From Pristiophorus japonicus (taxonomy: Eukaryota), in the NCBI RefSeq assembly GCF_044704955.1, contig NC_091980.1, forward strand, positions 26,846,001 to 26,910,000: 64,000 nucleotides of DNA. The letters are read 5' to 3'. Every line of letters begins with the position of its first letter. Position 1 is the stretch's first letter. Under the pieces are notes generated by a model, which saw nothing but the letters and a program-made list of their open reading frames with translations, searched no databases and was not told the DNA's origin. The translations under genes and the position numbers were made by a program. Below, piece after piece: positions 48,351 to 58,884 of this stretch.

Positions 48351-49604
48351 TTAATCCAGGAGTATGGCATTTAATCTTCCACATTCTTGCTCCACGCGAT
48401 CATAATCTTTATTTCCAGTAGAGTCTCCATTCCCCTTGGTCAGAAGCATCATCCGCGGGGTGCCTATGTTATTAAGGGAGTCTCCCATTTTGGTGAGGAG
48501 ACATTTTACAAGGTTAAACATATAAAGATACAAAGGATTCCAATGCCTAGGTACATTGCCATGTTGATTCCCCCAATCGTACCAGCCACCAAAACCCCAT
48601 TGGCTCCAATAATCCGTTTTCTTTAATTTCTCAACTTCCTTTCGGATGTGCCCCACCAAGTCATTTATTTCCTCAGAGTTGTCAGGGATATAGGTGCAGC
48701 ACTCAGATCCTATCAGGGCACATGTCCCCCCTTTTTCAGCTAACAAATAGTCTAGGGCCATTCTATTTTGCAGGGCCACTGTACGGATGGCTACCATTTC
48801 AGCGTTAAGTTCACTCATGGCCTCAGCGGTGTCGTTGGCCTCTTTTTCCAGAATGGAGGCGACTAGTCTTATTTCCTTGATTGCCCTAGCTGTGCCATAC
48901 CCAGGGAATAGGATAGCAAAGAATCGTTTGGTTTCCGTTATCGCTCGTTTGGGTCAGTAATGGTGATGGTCTGCTAGCGAGGGCAAGTGATGGATATATG
49001 GTACCACATATCCCAAGTAGCAGGATCCCACCCAATTCTGTGGGAGCCAAGGGTAGGCTTTATGGCCGCATATAAAATAGGTACCATTGTACGGGGAATG
49101 GCGGTCACCCCCTATCGTTACCCATCCCTGGTTGAAGTTCTGGCCCGGATTGGTTTTGTTTGCGAATTTCAGAAAGCTCTGCACGCTCCCTTTGGTCATA
49201 TTTACATTTCGGTTATACATACTGTTTCCCATTCCCTGCCCTCCGGTCTGATTTTTGATTAAGCACACTGATCCCTGGGGCCTTCCTGCCCCCGAAGTGT
49301 TAGTAAGGACCAGGAATGGGGAATTCAAGGTCTGATTATACGGGGGCTGGTACCACTCCAGAAAGGTGTTTAACCCATACCCTGCCGAGTGCCATTCAGC
49401 CTTTGGGGAGCTGACGTCCTCCCCTAGACTATTGGTCCTATCCTTGGTTGTGCGGTTCTGGCAGAAGAACCACTCTGCCATTTCGGAATCACTGAGAGGA
49501 ACCGGTCTCAAGGGAATTTCCCCTTTCGAGTGAGTGGGTACATGCGCACATATCCAACAGCTAGAGATGTTAGCTTCCTTGGCGTAACTATATGCCATGT
49601 ACAA
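48351..49604 (-). pseudogene. env: ERV2 env (SU with CWIC; TM with ISD LQNRMALDYLL and a GTC...CC motif); 5' deletion and internal stop
   Basis: ORFs 48954-49604 and 48351-48818 lie in the same frame; stop at the first Arg of the RPKR furin site; signal peptide deleted. Confidence 0.92.
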
Positions 49605-49647
49605 GAACGGTGGGAGTGATAAGCAACACTTAAAAAGGCCCCTCCCA

Positions 49648-52600
49648 TCAAGGTTCCAATCCCTTCCGAATCCATTTCTTAATCAGGACATACTTTCCTG
49701 GTGCCACGAGAGACGATTCAGGTAAGACTGGGAGGTCGAGGTGAGCATCTCGGACCTGGTTGTGGGCTATTCGTAGAGCCTGAGTCAAGGCAAGAACATA
49801 GGTAGTCATTTCCTCAGTCATATGGTGGAATTGGACAGTGGAGGGGACATTCTGATTCCATGGGGTCCTAAGGGGCCTGCCATAAATGACCTCAGCGGGG
49901 GTCAGTCTAGCCTTACCGGCGGGGGTAGTTCCAATCTGGAATAGGGCTATGGGAAGGAGTTTGAGCCAATTGAGTCCGGTTGATGCTACCAGTTTCGCAA
50001 GCTTGGTTTTAAGAGTTTGATTAGCATGCTCAACTAGTTCCGCAGCTTGGGGTCGGTAGGCACAATGCAGCTGCTGGTTAATGCGCATCTGGGAACAGAA
50101 TTCCTTGTTAACTTGGCCAATAAAGTGAGGGCCATTATCGGAACTCAGTCGAGCTGGGATACCATATCTAGGAACGATTTCCCTCATTAACACCTTAACA
50201 ACAGTTTGAGCCTTATTGTCCAGGGTCGGGTAAGCCTCGATCCATTTGTTAAACACATCTACTATTACTAACACATATTTGTAACACTGAACTCTTTGCA
50301 ACTCAATGTAGTCCAACTGCAAGGTCTCAAAGGGACCTTCTGGTAGGGGCGTCCTACCCCAATCACAGAGGACACCTTTCCCCGGATTATGCTGTTGGCA
50401 AACAAGGCAGCGACTACTGATGTTCTGGGCCAGCGCCTGGAGTCTAGGGTGCCACCAAGTGACCAAAAGCGTGTCCCTTGTTGTTCTTGCTCCATAATGA
50501 GTAGCAAAGTGCATACATTCAATAACCCATAGGGCCAACTCGTCAGACATGCAAGTCTGTTCCCCGGGAGTGGTCCAGAGTTTAAAAACATTGTCATAAG
50601 TACATCCATAATCTTTCCACAACAGTTTATCTTTTTCAGGAGCGTCCTCCTGTGCTTTAATGACATCTTGGATGGTTGTCATTGGTTTTTCCGAGGCCGA
50701 CTTATCCTTTGCAGGGTTTTTAGTCTGACTCATCATTCTAGGCACCACCATCTGTTGTCCGCGAGAGGCCTGTTTGGCTTCTCTGTCAGCACAGCGGTTC
50801 CTTATGTCAACCGGGAACTTTCCGGTAGTGTGGTCAGTGCATTTAACGATGGCAATATGCTTGGGGAGCATGAGGGCCTGCAACAAGTCTGATACTAGTT
50901 GCCTATGGAATATCTCGTTTCTGTTTGAGGTCAGGAATCCCCTATTTTTCCACAGTTGCCCAAAGTCATTGGCTACCCCAAAGGCATACCTAGAGTCAGT
51001 ATAGATATTGACCTTGAGGTCCTTTGCTAGAATACAGGCTCGAGTGAGGGCGAACAGTTCAGCCTGTTGGGCGGAATAGGCAGTCTCAAAGGCGCAAGAT
51101 TCTAGGACCCGATTCTCCTGGTTTACTATAGCATATCCCGAAATTCGCCCGCCCTCCAGATCGATGGAAGAGCTTCCGTCAACATACATAATAAGTCGGG
51201 GTCCGCCATTGGTGCATCAACTAAATCCTCCCTAACAGAGGTGCTCTCTTGGATTAAGGATAAACAGTCGTGACTTGGTTGCTCTTCGTCTTGGGGTGGT
51301 TCGGTAAGGAAACAGGCTGGATTAATAGCTGTGCAGTGCCTAAATGTCAACTTAGGATTATTTAGTAGGTAAATCTCATATCGACTTTGTCTGGCCATAG
51401 TAAGATGCTGGGTCTGTAGTTGGCCCAGAAGTGCGGCCACAGAGTGAGAGGTATACACAACAATATCTTGCTGGAGGGTCAGGTTGACAGCGGATTGGAG
51501 ACTATTATATATAGCAGTCAAAATTTGGGTACACACAGGGTGTCCCAAAGCAACAGGGTCTATTTTGGAAGAATAGTAGGCAACAGGCCGATGCTTATCC
51601 CCATGTTTCTGAGTTAGGACAGCGGTAGCAGAGTCTTTCAGGGTTGTACAATACAGCTGGAATGGCCGGCCCAAGGCTGGGGCCTGTAGCAGAGCCGTCT
51701 TTAATTCCTTAAAGGCTTGGATGTCCGCGGCTTCTATTTCAAATATGCCATCCTTAGTGGTGTAGGGGGTGAGGTGCTTAGTCATCAGGGCAACGTTAGG
51801 TATCCAGGATCTACAGTAATTGATCATTCCCAACCATTGTCGCATCTGTTTGGCGATACTAGGGACCGGAAATTGGCAGATGGGTTCAACTCGGCTAGCC
51901 TCCAGGGTTCGATGGGTCACTGACAGAATAATCCCAAGAAATTTAACTTGGGACTGGCCAATCTTGACCTTCGATGGGGAGACTATGTATCCCAGGGAGG
52001 ACAAGTGATTCAGCAATTGGTTGGAATCCTCCCGATTGCTTGGTTCGTCTGCGCTAGCTACCAATAAATCGTCCACATATTGGATCAAGGTGGATCCTTT
52101 AGTCAGAGTCAGAGACTGTAGTTGCTCCTGCAGACATCTTGAAAATAGTGTTGGAAAGTGAATGAATCCTTGAGATAGCCTGGTCCATGTGTACTGCTGT
52201 CCTAGGTAGGTAAAGGCAAAGAGATACTGACTCGTCTGGGCCAATGGCAAGGCGAAGAAGGCGTGTTGAAGGTCCACCATTGCGAAGACCTTGGCGTTTG
52301 CTGGGATCAACGACAGTATTTGTGCTAGGTTGGGAACCAGGGCCTGTAGGGGCTGGACGATGGCATTAATGGCTCGAAGGCCCTGGACCAAGCGGAACTG
52401 GTTTGGTTTGCCTGGCTTAGGGACTGCCAATATCGGTGTATTACATGGGGAGTGACATTGAACCAAAATCCCCTGTTTCACGAGGCCCTTGATCAATTTA
52501 TGAATATTCGGTATTGCCTGTGGTTTCAGTGGGTACTGATGAATGGAGGGCAAATCCACATCACCTTGTACTAGGATCTCGATTGGGTCGATTGGAGTAT

Positions 52601-53447
52601 AACCCACTTGAGTGGAGTTTTTCGCCCACACATGGGGGTCCACATAGTCAGGTACGTTGGCGCTGGTATGGTGGTGTAGTGTTGTCAGGACCTTCTTGGG
52701 GTCCCTGTGAAACTGGACCGTCCGGCCATGTCCCACAATCTGCAAGTCTAGACTAGTAGGGTCGGCCTCGTCTATGGCTTGACATACCATGATTCCTAAA
52801 TCTTTAGCATGGTGGGGAGGTAATACTTCACGAGTGTAATGAGGTGCAACGGTCGGAGGCTGCCTCCACAGGGTCATACACATCTCAACGAAATCTGCTT
52901 TGCCCTCCGGACCGGTCAATGTGGCTTGCGGCTGGATCTCCCATTTCTCCCCCTCATGATCCCGATAAAAGTCTCGGAGTTTCTGGTTAGTACCACTAGG
53001 GTCGTATGCCAAGGTCACATGATAAGGCACTTGAGGCAAGTCTAGGGACCACCACTGAGGGGTTCGAGTGGTGTAACATTGCCGTTTGAAAGTCCCGGGT
53101 CTTACAATAATACCTTCGTCTCCGCATTCTAGATGGAGCTGGAATTTACAGAGAAGGTCCCGAGCCATCAAGTTACATTCCAGATTGGTTGTAATGACAA
53201 ATCGATGATCCACAGATTCTTCCTTGTAAACTACTTTAACTGGTTCTGACACAGGGAATGTAGAGACTTCTCCCAGGAACCCCAACAGTCCCTGAGTCTC
53301 GCTAGAGATAGGGAGTTTAAGCTTCAACTGTACAGAGGACATGGAGGCTCCTGTATCTATTAGAAAGGGTTGCCACTCATTTTGAATCTTGAATGATATC
53401 ATCGGCTCCTCGTCCGATGAGGGTCCCGGTACAATCAAGCTACGTAG
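49648..53447 (-). pseudogene. pol: ERV2 pro-pol (protease, 2H-like insert, RT, RNase H, integrase), one frameshift near 51180
   Basis: LIDTGA, QYVDDLL, YVDGS, AQQAEL, YTDS, QLDY, SDNG motifs. Confidence 0.94.
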
Positions 53448-55650
53448 TCAATACTGATGTTGGCGTTGCGGTTGGGTGAAGGGGTTTGTCTGGGAGAAGT
53501 CAGTGTAGGATCCCAGTCCTCTTCCCCCTTGGCATCCTCCTCTCCCTCCCTGTTGTCTACTTCCTGTTCGGCGGGAGGGACACTCTCTGCTCCAATGTCC
53601 CTCTTGTCCACAATTAAAGCATGCTCACTGATTCAGTCTGCCTCCCTTTGCCATGCCTGATCGGGGACAATAGGGCGGTCCGTAATTTGCAGGGCCTGAA
53701 CCATTTGGATGTTCAATATAGACACAGCCCTGATTGTCCACGCAGCCTGGCACACAATACTGAGGCTCCATCTGGTATCCTGTCGGGTCGGGTTTTGGGC
53801 CCGCAGCCTGGGGGAACTCCTCCTTCTTAGTTAAAAATTCGGTTTTGACTCTAGTTGGGGGCGCATTACCTCCTTCTCCCTTTCTTCCTTGCCAATATTA
53901 CTTCACTGCTCTTTCCATTTGGGCCTTACTATTATCTGCCCAATTCATATTATTGGTTCAGATGGCGTGAGCGATCGAATGAGGCAAGCACTGGAGCAGA
54001 ATAGCACAGAATTGAGGTGAATTTCGTCCTGCCCGGAAGGCATTATCTCCCGACTGGCCTCCATAAATTTTAACAAATCTTTCCAGGAATTCATCTGCAT
54101 TCTCATCTCGCTTAGGCTTTGTCTCTAAAACATTTGCCATGCTAATAGGCTTCTGAAGGGTAGTATCCAGTGCAACGAAAATGGCCCCTTGACGGGCTCC
54201 ATCATTGTTATGCTGCGCTTATAAGGCTGCATGGTTGGCAACATTTAAATGAGTCAGGAACCGGGTGTGCTCAATCGGGCTCAGGGTTTGATGGACAAGG
54301 GACCATAGATCCCTAGAATCGGCGTTATAGACGGCTATCGTGGTGCGGAGAAAGTCCACAGACTTGACAGGTTCCCTTTTCCGGTCCGGCATTCTGGTCA
54401 ATATGGCCATAATCTCGTTGGGCTTCCAAGGCATGTATACTTGAATCGTCGGTTAGCGACAGCCGCGGCAGGATCAGGGTTCGGCATATCTCTTACCGGG
54501 AACTGTCGTAGGGGCCTTTTTTGCTGGTTGGCACAATCAGTGTCAGACTCAGATTCCGAGTCTGATAGGGAAGGGGAGCCCAAGTCGGAGTCACTTGAGC
54601 TCTCAGAATTGGGGTGACGGGCTGAGCCCTGGAAGGCGCGCGACTGTAGCGATGGTTTTCGTCTAGCTCCATGTTTCGGCGTCTCCCTAGCGGCCGGAGT
54701 GAGGGACTTCTTATCCTTCTGTTTCATTTGCGACCTGGTCCGAGTAGCGACTGGGTCCACAAAAGTCGGAGGGGTCCAGGTAGAATCTGACTGCAAGGTC
54801 GGACCTAAATTAACAAAGGGCGCGGAGGGAGTCGAAACGCTAGGTTGGAGACCTGCCAGCGTAAAGGGTTGTTGGGGGACAGGGACAAGTCCGGGCGAGG
54901 TAGTCGAGACTGATACTAATACAGGGTGTGTAGTTGGCAGAGGGAAGACTGTAGGGACCGTCTGGGGACCCACTGGTGTTACATTTGATGGTGTATCAAC
55001 GGGCGAGGGTGGTGGTAGAGCTGAGGGCAGAACATGATCTAAGGATTGGGGATTTACGGCTGGTGGAACATTGCCTGTAGCCGTCCGAATGGCCGGGTAT
55101 ATTCGATTATACGATGGAGGTTCAACGGGACCGTGGGGCACCGGAGCAGTGGGACGTCGCATGAGCGGCCACTCTTCTATCTCATTGTCCGCCTCAGTCA
55201 ATACAAGGCCAACCATCTGACTACGTAGTCTATCAATACCCTTTTCAGAGGTCTGAGTGGAGCTCTTGGTACATTTTGCGTGCGTGCACTCTTTCTTTAA
55301 TACATCTCGGGGTTTAACATGTCCTCCTTCCGTTAATGAGAATCCTAACTTAATGGCGTTTTCCTGCCAACTTGACAGAAGTGATTCATCTTTTAGTTTT
55401 TGACAATATTGTCTCCATGTGGCAATTAAACTTTTATCCCTTTTTCTTCGTCCCTTTTTCCAAATTAATTCCTGTGCCCTTTTTGCCACCTCTATGCTCT
55501 TAGTGCCTCCTAGGGGCCATTGATCATCTCCTAATAATTTGTTCAAGGCTCCAGATAACTGTCTAAATTGCTCAGCTTCTCGGGGAAATCTTCGCATAAC
55601 TTCTGTAGCGGGCTGCCCGCATCCGTAGTACTGCCTAAGTGATTGCCCAT
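53448..55650 (-). pseudogene. gag: ERV2 gag, frameshifted
   Basis: Likely start MGNHLGS (ATG at 55650, myristoylation-like); WPLGG matrix motif; PTAP, PPSY and PSAP; zinc knuckle CFNCGQEGHWSREC; TGA stop in frame with pol. Confidence 0.85.
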
Positions 55651-56092
55651 TCTCGCGTTGCCCCGCGGTAGAAAGGTAGTTTATCTTATCCAGAGCCGAG
55701 GTGGGCCAAGTGATATACAAGGTCGACATCGTACCTGGCATAAGTACAAGTTAACTTTACACAATCCGTCTCGCGTCGCCCCGCGGTAATCGTATCCCGG
55801 TTAGTCCGTTTAAGTCCAATCAGCGCCTAGACGGGCCAAGTGATATACAAGGTCGACGTCGTACCTGACTTGGACACTTATTTCCTAAGTTTAAAAGGTA
55901 TTCGCCAGATTGACCTGGATCTCATTCAGACGCTACCTGAGAACCAGCAAGCGGCAAAACTTTCTTCAGACTTTTGGACTGGAGGAAACCGAGGTGATAT
56001 TTAAAAGGTACTCGCTCCGGTGGCCATTTGCCTCCCGTCTCATCCGAAGCTAGTCCAGCTCTTAGTTCGCAAGTTCCCGGCGGTCCGTTGAG

Positions 56093-56110
56093 ATCCCACT
56101 TCTGACACCA
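56093..56110 (-). promoter_or_regulatory. Primer-binding site, tRNA-Leu
   Basis: TGGTGTCAGAAGTGGGAT on the - strand, complementary to the tRNA-Leu(CAA) 3' end; 2 nt from the 5' LTR. Confidence 0.9.
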
Positions 56111-56712
56111 ATTGTTGATACGGATTCTTTTCCTTCAATCTGTTTCAGCAAATACACTGACTTGAACACTTTAAAGTTTAGTTCAAAATAACTTTATTCA
56201 GGCTTCATCGATGAAGTCTTGCTCTGATAAAGGGGCACCGACTCCATGAGTCTGTCGAATCCACCAGAGCAAGCAAAAATCATTACAAAAACAAGACAGT
56301 TATACAGTTCATGATCGGTACAACCCCTTTTCATTATCCTATCACATCAACTACCGTGTCTTAGATACAAGCTAAATTAGTCATTTACACAGTGAAGTAA
56401 GCAATGTCCCGAATCATGGGTGAAGATTAAGTCATCTCCAGCTTATCTTTGTTTTGCCGGCAAGGAATGCACAGTTCTGCTTCTCTGGGTATTCCTACAG
56501 TTTGGCCCCTACATCTATTGCTACGTTCCCATTATTATCAGATGGTTCCTCAAGGTTGTTTCACAAAAACAAGTCACTCATTGTTCTCCCCTATAGTGAG
56601 ATCTGAAGAGTCAGCGATAACCATGAGCGGCCATTTTAGAAAGAGTTAATACATTTGAAATTAGTACGTATAATACATATAAAGTTAGTCGCAACATTGA
56701 TACAGATTCTCA

Positions 56713-57530
56713 GATTTACTAGAATGATACCAGAACTGAAAGGTTATAACTATCAGGAAAGACTGAACAGGCTGGGGCTCTTTTCTCTAGAAAAGAGCAG
56801 GCTAAGGGATGACCTGATAGAGATCGTCAAGATTATGAAGACGTTTTGATATGGTAGGTGTCGAGAAGATGCTTTCGCTTGTGGTGGAGATCAGACTGGA
56901 GGCCATAAATATAAGATAAGTCACTAATAAATCCAATAGGGATTCAGGAGAAACTTTCTTTACCCAGAGAGTGGTGAGATTGTAGAACTCACTACCACAT
57001 GGAGTGGTTGAGGCGAGTAGCATAGATGCATTTAAGGGAAAGCTAGATAAACACATGAGTGAGAAAGGAATATAAGTTTATGCTGTTAGGGAGAGATGAA
57101 GAGGGGTGGCAGAAGGCTCGTATGGAGCATGAACACCAGCAAGGACGAGTTGGGCCAGTTAAGGGGAGATTTAAAAAAGGCTTTCAAAATCATGAGGGAT
57201 TTTGATAGATTAAATAAGCAGAAACTGTTTCCACTGGTAGGAACGTCGGCAACAGAGGTCACGGATTTATGGTCATTGGCAAAAAAGCCAGAGGAGTATG
57301 AGGACAAATATTTTTACGCAGTGAGTTGTTGTGATCTGGAATGCACTTCCTGAAAGGGCGGTGGTAGAAGATTCAATAGTAACTTTCAAAAAGGGAATTG
57401 GATAAATATTTGAAAATCAAAAATTTTCAAGGCTATGGGAAAAGAGCAGTGGGGAGTAGGACTAATTGGATTGCTGAGACTGGTACGATGGGCCGAACAG
57501 CCTCCTTCCATGTGATTCTGTGATTCTATG
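56713..57530 (+). mobile_element. CR1 3' fragments (ERV2 lies at their 5' edge)
   Basis: RFTRMIPELKGYNYQERLNRLGLFSLEK motif; ttctatg tail. Confidence 0.8.
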
Positions 57531-57656
57531 TATGTGGACAGAAGCCATTTACAGAGACAGTCCAGTCGTTGCTGTAACGTTACAGTAGGGTCTGAGCCTA
57601 TCCTGCACTGGCACCCTGATATATAATAACCACAGTGTGATATTCTGCTATTTCAG

Positions 57657-57735
57657 GAGAAAGGCAGCTGAGGAGAGAGCTTCAGAGCCCAGTGACATGG
57701 CAATGACCTACAGTCCACTCTCCGCAAAATACCAG
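57657..57735 (+). CDS. Siglec cytoplasmic exon 1
   Basis: Acceptor tttcAG and donor GTACAG; phase 2-0, matching the TM exon. Encodes (K)RKAAEERASEPSDMAMTYSPLSAKYQ. Confidence 0.85.
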
Positions 57736-57835
57736 GTACAGGAGCTGTTTGAATGTAGTTCGAAGCCTCAATCTCAGTGTGTCGACAACACGTGTCAGAG
57801 ATTCCCAGTTGGCCTGCCCACAAATTTCTGTCTGT

Positions 57836-58485
57836 GGTGTCAGCTGTGGCTCAGTGGTTTAGAACTCACACTTGCCTCTGAATCAGAAAGTCGTGGGCTC
57901 CAGCCCCCACACCAGAGAAATGTGCCCCATAAGCCAGGCCGACACTCCCATTGCAGTAATGAAGGAGCACTGCACTTATGGAGGGGCAGTACTAAGGGAG
58001 TGCAGCACTGTCAGAGGGTCAGTACTGAGGGAGTGCAGCACTGTCGGAGGATCAGTACTGAGAGAGCACTGTACTGTTGGAGGGGCAGTACTGAGGGAGC
58101 ACTGTACTGTCGGAGGGGCAGTACTGAGGGAGCGCAACATTGTCGGAGGAGCAGTACTGAGGGAGCGCAGCACTGTCAGAGGGGCATTACTGAGGGAGCG
58201 CTGTACTGTCGGAGGTGCAACATTTCACATGAAACATTAAACCTGAGGCCCCATCTGTCCCCTCAGGTGGACATATAAAATCCCATGGCCACTATTTTGA
58301 AGAACAAGGGGTATTCCCCAATATTTATCCCTCAACGAACATCCCTAAAAATTCAGATGATCTAATCATTATCTGTTTATGGGACCTTGCTGTGCGCATA
58401 GTGCTGAAGCGTTTCCTACATTACTACAGAGACAACGTACAAAAAGTACTTCATTGGCTGCAAAGTACTTTGGTCATGAAATATA
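57836..58485 (+). mobile_element. DeuSINE-like SINE with internal 31-bp minisatellite (about 8 units, 57960-58220)
   Basis: tRNA-like head and core as at 17631-18105; tandem gcactgtcggaggggcagtactgagggag units. Confidence 0.85.
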
Positions 58486-58641
58486 GGGCTCAATTCTCTC
58501 GAATGGGGACTCGAACTCATGACCATCTGACTCAGAGAAGAGAGAGATTGCTACCCACTGAGTCACTGCTGCCCAATAACGTAACCATATCAGCTCCGGT
58601 AAATGATGTGAGAATGTCTTGTGCTTCCCTTTTCTTTGTAG

Positions 58642-58884
58642 GGTGCGCAGAACGCGGTGGTTGTTGACCCCTGGAACACAACCAGTGACGCAATTCGTGA
58701 GACGGGGACTCCAGCTCCCCAGGATCTCTTTGAAGGTCCAGCGGGAGGAGATGCTGGACATGGACAACCCACCAAGCACGAGGACCTCCTGTACGCCAAT
58801 GTCAACTTCTTGAAGCTGCCCAGTGGTGACGGGGCGGTCCACAGAGGCGAGGACACGGAACACGCACAGATCAGATTCCAGTGA
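58642..58884 (+). CDS. Siglec last coding exon with ITIM (LLYANV) and degenerate distal motif TEHAQI
   Basis: Acceptor tttgtAG; phase 0; open to TGA at 58882-58884. Confidence 0.9.
   Translation, partial: GAQNAVVVDPWNTTSDAIRETGTPAPQDLFEGPAGGDAGHGQPTKHEDLLYANVNFLKLPSGDGAVHRGEDTEHAQIRFQ

Larger units (their letters stand above)
47717..56712 (-). mobile_element. Endogenous retrovirus 2 (class I/epsilon-like), near full-length gag-pro-pol-env
   Basis: LTRs 47717-48314 and 56113-56712 (roughly 95-96% identical by eye); TSD GATT; PPT; PBS tRNA-Leu. Confidence 0.97.

Noticed and set aside
57960-58220. Regular ~31-bp repeats resembling a CRISPR array (also 60750-61040)
   Set aside because: Units are contiguous with no unique spacers, lie inside a SINE, and there are no cas genes in this vertebrate DNA.
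57637-58278. 213-aa ORF with repeated C-terminal units
   Set aside because: Only 57657-57735 is exon; the rest is read-through into intron and SINE minisatellite.
15965-58884. Assigning the symbol MAG, CD22 or CD33
   Set aside because: Family membership is clear but orthology cannot be established without phylogeny and synteny.
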